A stretch of 63,806 nt of DNA, counting the filler, from Thelocarpon superellum (Eukaryota), in assembly GCA_026025795.1 (NCBI GenBank). It is 3 parts of 3 records of this genome, joined end to end, with 100 filler letters (N's around TTAATTAATTAA, not from the genome) between each part and the next. Parts side by side here need not be neighbours in the genome. Positions count along the whole stretch, not along the records: positions 1 to 21,335 come from JAPEUG010000313.1; 2 more parts are not named here. One strand, given 5' to 3'. The notes under the pieces were generated by a model. It saw nothing but the letters and a program-made list of their open reading frames with translations. It was not told the origin of the DNA and did not search any database. Below, one piece after another: positions 1 to 12,448 of the stretch. The position numbers were made by a program, and so were the translations under genes. How positions within the stretch are numbered: the stretch's first letter is position 1; every line of letters begins with the position of its first letter.

Positions 1-3000
1 ATGCCTCGTCCCGGTCGGCGTCGCGGACCTCATCCTCCTCGTCCTCGTCGTCTGAATCCGAGCCAATGGCACGGGAGATCTTCGTTCGCGTTGACCGCTG
101 CTGCACCGCGTCTTCGTCTTCGTCTTCGTCTTCATCTTCATCCTCATGCTCGTCCGCGTCGTCCCTATCAACCTGCATCGTGTCCGGCGCCGGCTCGTCG
201 TCCGACGCCGCGCTCGCCGCCTGCGCTTCGCCCACCTCGTCGCTGTCACTCTCGATGACGATCTCGCTGGACTTGTACTTGTTCTCGGCGCGTCCGCCGC
301 TCTTGCGCTCCAGCCGCCGCCGCTTCTTGGGCGCCGCGCTGTCTTCATCCGTCGTTCCGCCCCGGCTGGCCGCGCTCTTACGTCGACTCTTCTTGCGCTG
401 CGTCGCCGTGGCCTCGGCCTCGGACCCGGAGAGCTCCTCGGCCCTGGGCTTCCGCTTGCCGCCGCCCCGCGCCTTGGTCCGCTTCTTCCGCCCGCCCGTG
501 TCCGGGTCGGTGGTGTACTCGGCCGCGTCGCGGATGCGCTCCTCTTCCTCGCGCTTCGCCGCCCATTCGCGGTCGCGCTCACGCATCTTATTGCGTTCCT
601 CAAGCACATGCAGCTTGTGCGCCCGCGCCTCCTCCTCGGCCCGGAGCTTCTCCTCCTCGCGTCGCTTCATCTCGACCTCGCGCAGCTCGCGCGCATGCTG
701 CAGCTTGGCCGCGTTCTTCTCCTCGTACTCGCGCTGGGACTGCACGGCGCGTTCGAGCTGGCGCCGCATCGTGTTCCGACCCATGTCGGCCCGGAGCTTC
801 AGGTCATTCCGCGGGTAGGGCGGATTCTTGGACTCGGCAATCTGATCAAAGGCCTCAATCGCTTCGTCGAGTCCCTCCGCCGCCGCCTGTACCTCCTCGA
901 GCGTACGCTGCGGCTCGGCGAGGGTGTAGAGCAGCTGCGCCACCTGGATCTGGACAAAGGCCACGTTGAATTGAAAGTGCACCTGATCCTTGGCCACGGC
1001 CAGCGCCTGCTGCGCATATGCCAGCGACTGCTTCATCGCCGGCAGGCTCTTCTCCTGTTTCCCCTTAAGCAGCCACACACGGCCCAGGCAGGCCAGCATC
1101 TGCGGGTCGTGGCCGCGGTCCTTGGCCAGTGCGGCCTCGTAGTTCTCGATGGCGCGCGAGTACTGCTTCAGCTCGGCATTGGCGTGACCGAGATTGATCA
1201 CCACACTCGCGTCGCGGATCGTGTCGCGCACCTTGGTGAAGATCTGCAGCGCCGCGCCGTGCTCTTTCTTGTCCTCGGCCAAGGCGATGCCGATGCCTTG
1301 GGCGGCATAGGCGTTCTTCGGATCCAGCAGGAGCGCCTTGTCGAAGAATTCGACCGCCTTCTCAAACATCTTCCGCCGCTTCTCCTTTTCGGCCTCCGTG
1401 TCGCGACGCATCTCACGCGCGTTGACCAGATACAGATTGCCCATCCCTGTCAAGGAGTAGCGATCGTGCTTGTCGTGATGCTGTAGCGTATGCTTGTAGT
1501 GTCGCTGCTCCGGGTCCTCGGCGATGTTGGCCGTCCGCTTCTTAGACTTGCTCAGATACCAGCCGTACAGCGCGCGGACCTCGAGGTTCGTCGACTCCTT
1601 CTGCATCAGCCTCGACACGGTCCGGGGCCCCTCATCCGTCGGGCTCTGGCGCAGCGCGATGTAAGCTAGACGGGTGCTGGCGTCGGTGTAATCGTCATGC
1701 CGGTCGAGGAGTCCCTCGTAGACCTTCTTAGCCTCGTCCAGCAAGCCCGCCGCCTCGTACGTCCGCGCCAGGTTGTAGCTGATGGTCGTCACCAAGGCAT
1801 CCGTATCAACTGACTCGTCCTTCTCGCGGAGCTTGACGCAGGCGCTCAAGGCGGTCTGGAACATTTCGCGCGCCGCGTCGTATTTATCGGTCTGGTGCAA
1901 GAAACAGCCGATGTTGTTGAGGAGCGATGGCGGCAAAGTTGCCCGGAGCTGCGCCGTCACCGTGGCCTCGTCACCGTCGCCCACGTCCGGGCGCTCGTCA
2001 TCGGGGATCTCCGCCAGCTCCATCGCCTCGACCTGGCGTAAGCACTGAAGACTCCGGTCGGGATGGTCTCGCTCGTACAGGCGTGCCAGGTTGAGCAAGA
2101 CCGAAGCATCGGGCGTCATCTTCTTCTTGGGATCCTTCCACGTCAGACGCACGGTCTCCAAGAGCGCAATGGCCTTTTTCATCTCATTGGATTTGTCTTC
2201 TTTGAACGTGCTGATCTGGCCGGTGAAGACGTCCTCGGCGTAGAGAGCGCCGAGGAGCATCATGGCCTCGACGTTCTTCGATGCCTGCACAATCTTGTCC
2301 AAGCGGAATTTGGCACCGTCGTAGTCCTGCGCAAGCACCTGCAACTGCGCCGAACCGAACTTGGCCGGCAGATAGCCACGCTCGGCGCCGCCGCGGGCGT
2401 CGTCGGCCTTGCGGTAGAATTCAGTGGCGCGAGCAAGCTCGTGGGTGAAATGCTCCTTACGCGCCAACAGGTACCACCCGTCGCTGGCGATGGCGTTCAC
2501 ATCGGTGTGTTCGATAGCCTTCCACGCGAGACTCTCGACGGTCGGCATAGCCTTGCGCGAGAGAAAGTAGCCGCCAAAGGTGGCGCAGGTCAGCGGGAGA
2601 TTCTTGTCGAGCTTGAAGGCCTTCTGCGTGTACTGCGTCATGGCTCTCTTGTACAGGCTGACGAAGTTGGGATCGTTCGTGGCGAGGTTGGCGCTCGAGT
2701 TCAGATAGTACAGGCCAAGCAGGATATTGGCGACCTTGGACTCGGGGTTGATCTCCAGCGCGCGTTCCCAGGCAGTCTTCGCATCCTCCTTGAAACCCAG
2801 CTGCCAGAAGCAGCAACCGGCGCCGATACGAGGATCGGGGTCAATGAGCCCGGGCATCTTGCTGATGACCTGTTGATATCCATCCAGCGCGGCGGCGTAC
2901 TTGCCCAAAGAGAATAGGGCGCGGGACTTGCCCAGGATGGCCATCATGTTCTTGCCGCCCGACACTCGGAGCGCGTCCTCGAAGCACTTGATGGATTGTT

Positions 3001-3663
3001 TCAGCGTCTCGACACGTTCGGAATGTTCCTGTCCACCCGCGGCAGATTGGCTCGAGGGCGGGAAGAGCGAGGCGCGGAGCAGATAGAGGACACCGCGGGC
3101 CAAGAAGAGTGGGGGAAAGGAGGGGTTGATTCGCGAGGCGTCGTTCAGGGTCGCGGTGGAGGCCTGGAGATAGAAGTCTTTCGTCTTGGCCTCGGACATG
3201 GGCACGCCCTCTGTGAGTCTGTGTCAGCGGAGGTCCGATCTCGCCTGGGACTTCATCACCTACCGGGGGCCATGCGCGGAGCCTCGCGGCTTTTCCAGAG
3301 GTAGAGCCAACAGAGACAGCTCAGCATGGACAGCTTCTCCTTCGGCCCGCCCTTGGACACGGCGTTGAGACCCTTGTTCAGCATCTCAATGGCATGGTCG
3401 ATCTTTCGCTGCTTGGCGTAGGCCAGGGCGATGACCATCCAGTACGTGCGGGCCGCGCCCTCATTCTCCAGAAGCGTGCACAGCTCGGTCGGGTCATCGA
3501 GGAGATCGTCGAGGCTCACCTCGACGGCCTCTCCAGCATCGAGCCCTTGGACGGGAATATCGATGGCGTGGGGGATATCGGAGAAGCGCTGATGGAGGGA
3601 GGTGGTGTCATGAGAGTAGGCCACGGCATGGCCGTTCACCCGGACATCTCGCAGGGGCGCCAT
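1..3663 (-). CDS. CTR9: PAF1 complex TPR subunit Ctr9 (3' end at or just beyond the window edge)
   Basis: Exon 1 (3663-3264) MAPLRD...RFSDIPHAIDIPV...LENEGAARTYWMVIALAYAKQ...LCWLYLWKSREAPR. Intron 3263-3211 (GTAGGT...CTGAC...CAG). Exon 2 EGVPMSEAKTKDFYLQASTATLNDASRINPSFPPLFLARGVL... stays open to position 1, with TPR-like repeats and a charged/acidic tail. Confidence 0.93.
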
Positions 3664-4244
3664 GGTCGGCGATGCCGGATTCACGGCGACGTGATGCGTG
3701 GAAGGAGGTCGAGGGTGATGAAGTCGGCTTTGATGCAGTGCACGCAGAAGATGTGGAGGGGGCTCCTTCACAGCACCAACGATTACCGGACCGGCGGATC
3801 CGGCGAGGTCATCTTCTCCACGGAGCCCTGCAAGGAAGACATGCGCATGTGCAGAGATGGAGCAAGCTGGCCTGCTCAGGCCGGGAGGAGAGGAAGAGTG
3901 CGCAGACTCGGGATCTGGGACACCGAGAGGTCGATCAAGCAGATGCTGAGGTACGGGCTAATTACGGTGCGAACCTTCGCCCATGAATTTCCAAACAGAA
4001 TATCTAGCGTCGGCATCTTCCGACCGACGCTCGACATTAGAAGAGAGCAAATACAGTCATAGGGTCCCCCCAGATGCCAGGAACTACAGGTGATGAGACA
4101 CGGGCGTGTGATCCTTCGGATCGAATTCTCAACTTCCCTGCCCGAGCTGTACAAGACCGGGCTGTACATGAAAGGGTCTATGTGCTGGCAGTCCGCCGTG
4201 GTATCGAACAAGGTCGCCAATTTCTTTCCTTACTATGACGTGCA

Positions 4245-5779
4245 TCACCGCACGAACGAGGCCGCCCATCTCCAGAATCGGGACGCTTGGTGCAGGACCA
4301 ATGCCACCAGGGCCACGACGACAAAAATTTGTCCAACCTCCCACCAGTGTGCTTGTTGCACTTCGGTTTCGATGTAGCCTGCGGCTTGGGCGCCCTCCTT
4401 GCCGACCTCACTCGCCTCACCCTCCCAATCCGAGGGAAAGCGGCCGGTCTGCATGTAGAGCTCCATGAGCTCGTCCTTCTCCACCCACCGCGCGCGCAGC
4501 CAGACGTCAAACTCCTCGGCGTCATCCAAAGGAATGGAAGAGAGCGCGAAGCGGCGCCAATACATGTTGACGGACTTGGGCGGGCGCCCTTGGATGAAAG
4601 AGGAGCGGATGGTGAAGATGTCTTGACCAAACTGGCCACGACTGGAGGAGGTTAGCATGCAGGACCAGACCAGAGGGCGGCGGGAGTGCAGGAGGGCGGG
4701 CAGAGGACTGACGGGATGCCCTCGTATGCGACGGTGCAGTCATACACCCAGTCCAGGGTCCCGCGCAGCTCCTGCAAACAGTACAGCAGGCCCGTGCTGC
4801 GGGGTAGCAACTGATGCTTCATGTCTGCGTAGCTTTGTTTGGCAGCCCATGCGGCGCTCCGCACCCGCCCATTGTCCGACAAGTTGGTCCCCTCGGGAAA
4901 CATGAGCAGCCACATGGGATCGAGGCCGGCTGATCCCGAAAGCGGTCCTGTGTGCCGGCTCTTGAGTTTCTGCAAACGATGGGCGAAGCGAGGCTTGTCT
5001 TTGATCCAGTTTCGGGCCAGAAAGATGAAGCCGTAGAACATCATGCCCGGTCCGATGATGGGGAGATACTTCAACGACTCCTTGAGAATGATGTAGATGT
5101 GCCCGTGCATACGGTTGGTATACGCAATCCACCACAGGTACAGCCAGTCCGTGTACAGCTGGATCCATGACAAAATGCCGTCAGCAACCCCGCACGCACG
5201 CTGGTGCCAGATGGTGGCTGTCGGAGGTGACGTACCTGATGATTAGCCATGATCACGACCCGCTCGGGAAATCGACATTCGAGGCGGCCGTCGGGCCGCT
5301 GCCGGAGCTGGCCCTGGACGGACCGGTCGCCGCTGACACGAATGGTCGTCGGACTCCACCATTGACACAGGGTCGTGATGAACAGCCCAAACGACTGCTT
5401 CGTCCACGACATGTAGGCGTAGTACCAATCCTTGTCGTAGAAATATAACCAAGCGCCGAGGAACTGTGTTGCGTTGATGCTACTCCCGGCGAGCGATCAG
5501 TCTCCTCGGAGCCTCAGCCCGGTGCGGGGCGACGACTCACATGATGGATGAGAGAACGAAATACAGGGCGACAGAAAGAGCTCGAAGCACTTGGGTCGAA
5601 CCATGGTACCGTACCTCGCCGACGGGGTGCGGCTTCTGCGGGGATCGGACGGGTCCGGTGCCGGCGTCCAGGCCCGACGTGGTCGCCGTTGTCGTTGACG
5701 GCGGGGCCCGTCGCTGTTTCGCGGCAGTGGTGGAAATGTGGGGAGCCATGGGCCCATCAACACGGGGGCTCGCCATCAT
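4245..5779 (-). CDS. Phospholipid/glycerol acyltransferase (PlsC family, Cst26/lysocardiolipin acyltransferase-like)
   Basis: Four exons (5779-5541, 5479-5236, 5158-4713, 4641-4245) with GT-AG introns. The spliced product has NHQLYTDW (HX4D), ILKESLKYLPIIG, MFPEGTN and LLPRSTGL motifs plus TM segments. Confidence 0.9.
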
Positions 5780-6573
5780 CTTGGCCCAAGGTCACCGAAC
5801 GCAAGTCCCAAGGACAGGTCAACGACCGGGGACGGATCGAGCACAGCAGCTTGCGCGCCCGGCGCTCACGTTCAGGGACCAGACCAGAGAGCGGGCGAGC
5901 AATGGATTCGGTCGGCCGAGCCAGGCATCTTGGGGCACTTGGGCCAAGCACGACAAGCGGTGAGGGTCATGGAGCGGATGATAAATCGCCAGTCCTGGCG
6001 TGAGTGCGGAGGGCGCAGGAGTTATTCACAACCATGGCGTCCTAAGCTACTAGTACAGGTACCGTAATCGTGCTGGCTGTGGCCGTAGAGAGAGGCCCTG
6101 GCACCGGGCGCCCGCTCGTACGAGTACACGCTCCCCGAGAGGCACCTGCACACGAGTGTCATGCGAGCCGCCGACTCATCTATGCCGGATGAGGTGATTC
6201 CGTCGATCCGCCCAGCAAGCGACTAACTAACGCGATGCAGGATGAAGCGGCGCACGAGAGCTCGGTGGGTCGTAAGGCTGAGCAGAGCAGAGCAGAGGAA
6301 AAGCCCACGCGGCGTCCATGATGTAAGGGGTTGTGCAACGATCGTCATCGTCTCCCGCTGCAAATCGTTGGTCGATGCATGCACAGTGCTACTAGCACTG
6401 GTATGATCGGTCCTGAAGTCGATGACAGCTTCTACAAACGTGCGTTTGGTCTAAGGCAGACCGAACGAAGCTGCCATCTGGCCATGACGTCTGAAGCCAA
6501 GAGAAATTCGCCGACCAGCGTATTCGTACGCTGAGCAGGTGCACGCTTCACGCCTAGGGCGACCTCCGTGACG

Positions 6574-7908
6574 ATGATGAGGCTTCGTACTACATGGGGA
6601 TATACATCCGCCTTGCATCCTCGTAGACGACGATTCTCTACTTCCTCATCCCTCCGACAGATTCGTGACATCGCAGAGCTGCCACGGCGAATTATTCCCA
6701 GATATGAAGGTGGGCCATGGTCCACATCACCAACCGGGACCCATTGTCTGATGAGCGTGCCGCCTTCCAGAGACGGCATCCCGCAATCTACTGTCCCTCG
6801 CATGGCCCCGGCCTCCTCGCAACATACTCCTGGTCAAGAAGGACGGTGCCCCCGTCGTGACCGAGGCTCTCATGACCTTTGCCAAGTACGCCGTCATCCT
6901 TCACCCTGCATGGCTTCTCTGACCAACCCTGTCAGGCATCTTCATGCCACCTATCCAGAGATCTCCATCGTTCTCGAACCTCATGTCGCCGCAGAGGTAC
7001 ACGACCACGTCCCGTTTCCCGTGTATGCCCCCCCACCATCGGAAGATGGACGGGTCTCTCTGCACGAAAAGGTGGACATTACCGCCACACACGGCGGAGA
7101 CGGAACAATTCTCCACGCATCATCCCTTTTTACCGCTACGCCTCAGGTGCCGCCGATCCTCTCGTTCAGCATGGGCACCCTAGGTTTCCTGGGCGAATGG
7201 AAGTTCCAAGAATTCCCACGCGCCTTTCGTGAGGTCTACGAGTCCAGCGCAGAGACTGGCAGGGGCTCCCGGGATTCCACTCATGGTGCCCGCGTACTAC
7301 TCCGCAACAGGCTGAAGGTCGGCGTCTTTGACGCGTCAGGTCGGCGAATCAGCGGCGATGATATCGCCGCCTCAGCGGCAGCGGACATCCACGCCATGAA
7401 CGAAGTCATCATTCACCGCGGCAAAGATCCTCATCTGGCCATCGTCGAACTCTTCGTGGGGGGCAGATTCTTAACCGAGGCCGTGGCCGATGGCATGATT
7501 GTCTCGACCCCGACCGGAAGCACCGCCTACAGCCTGAGTAGTGGGGGCAGCATTGTTCATCCCTTGGTGCCCTCCCTTCTCCTGACCCCCATCTGTCCGC
7601 GGAGCTTAAGCTTTCGACCACTGGTCTTGCCCGCAACAACATCCGTCACCTTGCGCTTGAGCGAGAAGAACCGGGGCCGTGAGATGGAGGTGAGCATCGA
7701 CGGTCGACGAAGAACTCGGGGCGTGGGCGTCGGCATGGAGGTGCGGGTGTGGGGCGAGGAGATCCAACACAGCCCAGGAAGCTGGACCGGTGGCGTACCA
7801 TGTATCATGAGAGGAGCCATCGGGTCCAATGCCGACGGGGACGATGCCTGGGTCGGCGGGCTCAATGGCTTGTTGAAGTTTAATTATCCGTTCGGGGAGG
7901 ATACGTAG
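6574..7908 (+). CDS. POS5: Mitochondrial NADH/NAD kinase
   Basis: Arg-rich presequence; GGDGT, FSMGTLGFL, NE and ADGMIVSTPTGSTAYSLSSGG NAD-kinase motifs; C-terminal LNGLLKFNYPF. Introns 6710-6770 and 6886-6935. Confidence 0.92.
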   Translation: MMRLRTTWGYTSALHPRRRRFSTSSSLRQIRDIAELPRRIIPRYEGGPWSTSPTGTHCLMSVPPSRDGIPQSTVPRMAPASSQHTPGQEGRCPRRDRGSHDLCQVRRHPSPCMASLTNPVRHLHATYPEISIVLEPHVAAEVHDHVPFPVYAPPPSEDGRVSLHEKVDITATHGGDGTILHASSLFTATPQVPPILSFSMGTLGFLGEWKFQEFPRAFREVYESSAETGRGSRDSTHGARVLLRNRLKVGVFDASGRRISGDDIAASAAADIHAMNEVIIHRGKDPHLAIVELFVGGRFLTEAVADGMIVSTPTGSTAYSLSSGGSIVHPLVPSLLLTPICPRSLSFRPLVLPATTSVTLRLSEKNRGREMEVSIDGRRRTRGVGVGMEVRVWGEEIQHSPGSWTGGVPCIMRGAIGSNADGDDAWVGGLNGLLKFNYPFGEDT

Positions 7909-8076
7909 CGTCCGATGGGGATCATCCTCGCTTGTGCCAACATTCCTCCGAAGCACTTCGTAGCTATGAGATACCGTCACTTCGTCTCATTCTGACATCG
8001 CCTCGTCACATATATTGTTGTGATAGATCTGCATCAATGTGAATTTGTGATTGGAGACGACACAGGAAGTGTGATC

Positions 8077-9410
8077 ATGTCCAAGCCGCCTACATCTTAT
8101 TTGCCGCCACCAGATGCTCTCTCCTACAGGATTCCGCCAGATCTTGACACATCCCACAAGCTTGCAGACTGCTACATCTTCTTTATCACAGGCAACCCAG
8201 GCCTCATTGGGTACTATGAGCCGTTTCTCTCCACGTTATCATCCAATTTGTCATCATCAGCGAGATCATATTGCATCCACGGCGTCTCCTTGGCCGGTTT
8301 CGAGATTTCGGGGAATTGGCAGGACGACCTGGGGAGATCTCCACCCTACGGTCTCGAAGACGTCATCCAGATCGCCGAACAAAGACTGCACGTATTTGCT
8401 AAACAGCACGGAAGTCTCCCTACGGAGGACCCCTTCGTGCTGCACGTTCCCAAAGTCATCTTGATCGGCCATTCCGTCGGCTCGTACATCCTCCTCGAGC
8501 TGCTGCGGCGACAACAGCGCGCGCCGCCGCCGCACGCGCTCCAGATCATCGGAGGCATCCTCCTCTTTCCCACCGTCACACACATCGGAAAGTCGCCGTC
8601 GGGGGTACAGCTTGGTGTGGGTCTCCCTTTCATGCCCAGTCTTCAACCCCGCAGCTTGGCTTACAAGATCTGTTGAGTAGGGTCTGCTTCGCCTTCGGTA
8701 TTTTGCGTTAGTGGTCAGTCTGTTGGTGCGCGCCGTGACGCGGATGCTTCCGCAGATGATCCTCTACAGCCTGGTGAAGCTGGTGACGAGGTTTCCTGAA
8801 CCGGCTGCACGGACGACGTGGGGGTTTATCGCCAGTCCCATGGGCGTGCGTCAGGCATTGTAAGGCCTCCGTTTTCCTGGTGTAGTACATTCTCGCGCAA
8901 GTCTAATGAGTGATGTTCTAGACATATGGCCAAGGACGAGATGGAGAGCATCACCGAAGACAAATGGGACGAGGAGATTTGGGGCGCCGCACAGCCTCCG
9001 CCATCCGATGTCGCCATGTGGGAAAATCGGGGCCGCCTTTCGAAAACGCCAGGGCCGAAACTAATCTTCTACTTTGGAGAACAGGTGAGCATCTTCGTCC
9101 ATCGCTCTGTACAGTCATCCGCAAGAATACGTAACGACGTGCTGGCTTTACGCAATGAGCTGACGCGCATACTACGTGTCAAGGACCATTGGGTAGCCAA
9201 TCACCTACGAGACGAGCTCATTGCGAGTCGAGGTGGCCGGACGAAGATGCTTATTGATCAAGAGGGAGTTCCACACGGCTTTTGCATCAGTGAGTGGTCT
9301 GTCGCAGATCTTGTGCCCAGCTCCGGCCTGATGCATTCGTAGATCATAGCGAATTATTGGCAAAGAAGGTCAAGCTGTGGGTTGAAGAGATTACAGATGC
9401 ACGACCATGA
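8077..9410 (+). CDS. Lipid-droplet-associated alpha/beta hydrolase (LDAH/YPR147C-like)
   Basis: IFFITGNPGLIGYY, GHSVG nucleophile elbow, LLFPTV, FYFGEQ/DHWV and PHGFCI motifs. Four introns; last exon ends ...ITDARP-TGA at 9410. Confidence 0.85.
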
Positions 9411-9542
9411 CGGGATAAGCTCTATGAGCACGGATGGTACGTTTGTACATGTCATGAAGCCCGGTTTGGAAATGCCAATTCATGCCACGCAAACGCCACG
9501 CTCCTCAATGTCAGTCCCATGGATCAAGTTCCGCGCCATGGA

Positions 9543-10544
9543 TCAAGTTCCGGCGCGGTGGGCCTCTCCAGCCTTCCGAAAGAGCTCTAGCAGCGCATTG
9601 GGGCCTTGATCGGGAGCCGATGTCTCGTTGGTGGGGGCCTCGTGTTGAGCGGGAGCGGGCGGTGCTCGACGTTTGGGCTGCTGTTGCTGCTGCTGCTGCG
9701 ACGGGCGCGTCGTACTTCGGAAGAAATCCGTCTCGGCGGACGTGGCAAAGGCGACGGGAGCTGCAGTGGGGACGGGGATAGGGCTGGTCGGATGGTGCTC
9801 TACGGCACGATGTTGAGAGCCGAAGAGCTCTCGTAGAGACAGCTGCCGGCCCATGCTGACCGCCGCCAGGGGCTCGGCGGCCGCGGTGACCGTCGCCGTC
9901 GCCGTGGCTGTGGCGGTCGCCGTGGCCGACACCTCCACCGTAGCGTCTGGGATCTGCTCCAGCTCTTGCTGAGCCAGCAGCATCCGGCTCGTCTCCGCTT
10001 GGACGGCACAGTCCTGGATGATCTGGGCGTTGATGGCGCGGGTATTGGCTGTCGACGACGGCGGCGGTTCCGAGAAGATCCACAGGCCGTAGATGCGTGG
10101 AGCCTGCTCGCCTGCACCTTCCTCGTCCTCCTCGGCCACGCGCAAGATGACGTATTCGTCCGTGACCTCGACGTCGGCCCCGTCGAGGAGGTCGGCGCTG
10201 AAGTTATCCAGCCCACGCCGATTGAGCACCGTGGCACAGTACCTTTCAGCACCGTTGTCATGAGAGGTGAGCTGGCACACAAAGAGCGTGCCCTCCACCC
10301 CACTCTTCTCCCATTGTTGTGAGGTGAGCGAGAAGAGGTAGACCACAGCATAGGGGGCAACGGAGAGGATGGACACCACGGCTGGGTTGTGGCGGCGGAG
10401 CACGGACAGGTTCAGTTCTTCGTTGGATCGAGAAGGTGGGGGGAGTGCGGCATGCTGGTCGAGCGCGAGCGCATTGAAGTCGCTGTCGTAGTCAGAAGCT
10501 TGCTGTTGATGCCGCCCTCCACTTCGAGGCTTGCGGGGGGTCAT
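9543..10544 (-). CDS. DCP1: mRNA decapping enzyme subunit Dcp1 (EVH1-like)
   Basis: RSNEELNLSVLRRHNP...YAVVYLFS...WEKSGVEGTLFVC...VLNRRGLDNF...IYGLWIFSEPPPSST; single exon. Confidence 0.92.
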   Translation of the reverse strand: MTPRKPRSGGRHQQQASDYDSDFNALALDQHAALPPPSRSNEELNLSVLRRHNPAVVSILSVAPYAVVYLFSLTSQQWEKSGVEGTLFVCQLTSHDNGAERYCATVLNRRGLDNFSADLLDGADVEVTDEYVILRVAEEDEEGAGEQAPRIYGLWIFSEPPPSSTANTRAINAQIIQDCAVQAETSRMLLAQQELEQIPDATVEVSATATATATATATVTAAAEPLAAVSMGRQLSLRELFGSQHRAVEHHPTSPIPVPTAAPVAFATSAETDFFRSTTRPSQQQQQQQPKRRAPPAPAQHEAPTNETSAPDQGPNALLELFRKAGEAHRAGT

Positions 10545-11657
10545 GGTGTCGTGGGCGGGTGCGAGCTGCAAAGGCCTGCTGGGCTCGTTTGTGCGGAAGG
10601 AACATGAGAGTGACCGCGGGGTCGATCTCCCTCGCAACGTATCCGGGTACGATACGCTTGACACCGCAGCGCTTGCCTTGGCAATTTACTCAAGCTGCGA
10701 ATGGTAGGTCCTTGGAATGCGCATCATCTACGACATTGTGGACCCTTCCTCGTGTGCCGAGCGAAATACGCGTGCCCACTCGCGTGTCGGGCGTGCCTGG
10801 TTGCTCCGCCTAGGATAGAATCCTCCACGCGAAGATTTTCCTTTGAGGGTTGCATCAATAGTTTCACAGAGCTCATATAGATGCATGCTCTCGTTGAAAG
10901 CTGCTGCTCAACGCAGCTTGTATTGACAGGATACTAATGGTGGTGTAAGACATTTTGTCGTGCTGTGCAATTGCCAAGGGAGATGTGATCGTAACGTGCA
11001 TGAGTGGTGTTGCGTCCAGTGGCATGAAAACGCTTGACTAATGCCCTCCTAGCTGTGCTAGGCGTGAACGTGTTATGCAGAACTGCAGCTACTCGGATGC
11101 GAACCAACTCGAGAGCGAGGATCGTTGGTTGTTGCATCCCACGCGACACGACGAGTTTATGCGACAGTTCAACTCCCACTCTCGCCCCATGCCGAGAATC
11201 CTTCGACTAGAGGTGGAGGGCATATCTGGAGAACCGCGCGAGTCTTGGGCCTAGCGGGCAGTCTACCACACAGCCACCAGGAAAGCGTATGACTTCATGC
11301 TCACGACGCTCCTACCTTTCGTACCTGTCCCCTTTTCATCAATGGATCTTATACTCTCGCTCGGATGTCACGTAGCGTCTTCACATATCCGAGTGCAGAT
11401 CATGCGTTGTTTCACGGCTTTTGGCCTGCCTAGATGCAGCCTGTTCAAGCTCCTCCACGTACTACTTAAACCACGAGGTCATCCGCTGCAGACAGGAGAT
11501 CGAGGGTTCTTCTTTGGACAGTTCAGCGCCAAAGCATATCCGCCACCCTTTTTAAACGACGTCTGTCATTATCGCATTGCAATACATCACGTCAAGTGGG
11601 CATCTCTCCACCACTCCATCTCTTCCACTCCCTCTTCACGGCCCCCCCTTCCAGAGA

Positions 11658-12140
11658 ATGGCTCCCATCAGCTTCTATTTCAAGGTCGTTGTCACCTCTC
11701 TCCTGGCGGCAACATCCCTTGCCAATCCCCTTGCCGAACTTCCAAACAACGAGACATGGAGCTATCCGGCCATCAACTGGTCACGGGGAGACCCGGGGTT
11801 CTGGGGCGTGAATCGCACATCCCGAAGTACTTGTTGGAACGACACTCAGTCACCTCAAATCCTTACGGCCAATGAAAGCACGACTCTGCTCTTGTGTTTC
11901 GAGCAGTATCGGAACTGGCCCAAGCTCCCCGCCTGGTTCCCGAAGAAGTGTGGCGGCAAGTGGTGGTATCGCAAACCTCTGTACGCTTACAACAATCCGC
12001 AGACCTGTGCCGATTCCTGCGAGGCCTGCATCACGGACCAGATCAAGGCCGGACTTGGAGGGGTCCAGTGCAAGAACACGTTGGACGACAATGATCAGAA
12101 AAAGAAGACTGCCGTTGGATGCCTATATGGATATTATTAG
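11658..12140 (+). CDS. Small secreted cysteine-rich protein (160 aa, effector-like, unknown function)
   Basis: Signal peptide MAPISFYFKVVVTSLLAATSLA|NP, 8 Cys, 5 N-glycosylation sequons, intronless; pyrimidine-rich leader upstream of the ATG. Confidence 0.8.
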   Translation: MAPISFYFKVVVTSLLAATSLANPLAELPNNETWSYPAINWSRGDPGFWGVNRTSRSTCWNDTQSPQILTANESTTLLLCFEQYRNWPKLPAWFPKKCGGKWWYRKPLYAYNNPQTCADSCEACITDQIKAGLGGVQCKNTLDDNDQKKKTAVGCLYGYY

Positions 12141-12448
12141 AGCTGTCGGTCGACTCGTTGAACATTCGAGGCTGGATATTACTCATATAGTCAAGGCTAT
12201 CTGTCAGGGTGGGCAATGACAGTTTCCGGTTCGCCGTCGTGCCCGGGCGAGGACGGCGTTGTCCGCGGCGTTTGCCGTCGCCGAGAGCCAGAGAGCGTAC
12301 GCAGTATGTCGACGGTCGAGGAATTGGCAATTCATAGATTTATAGATTTTATCGTTTGATCGAGCGTGATTTCTCACGTGTTCCTCGCCGAGAACCTCTA
12401 GATCCAGTTCGCATCCACGGTGCACACAGTGGCGAGTGCCTGGCCCAG

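Noticed and set aside
146..1486. Long + strand ORFs opposite CTR9 (likewise 14814-16559, 32010-33416, 44462-45658 opposite other genes)
   Set aside because: Antisense shadows of GC3-rich coding sequence; no motifs, Arg/Leu/Gly-rich composition.
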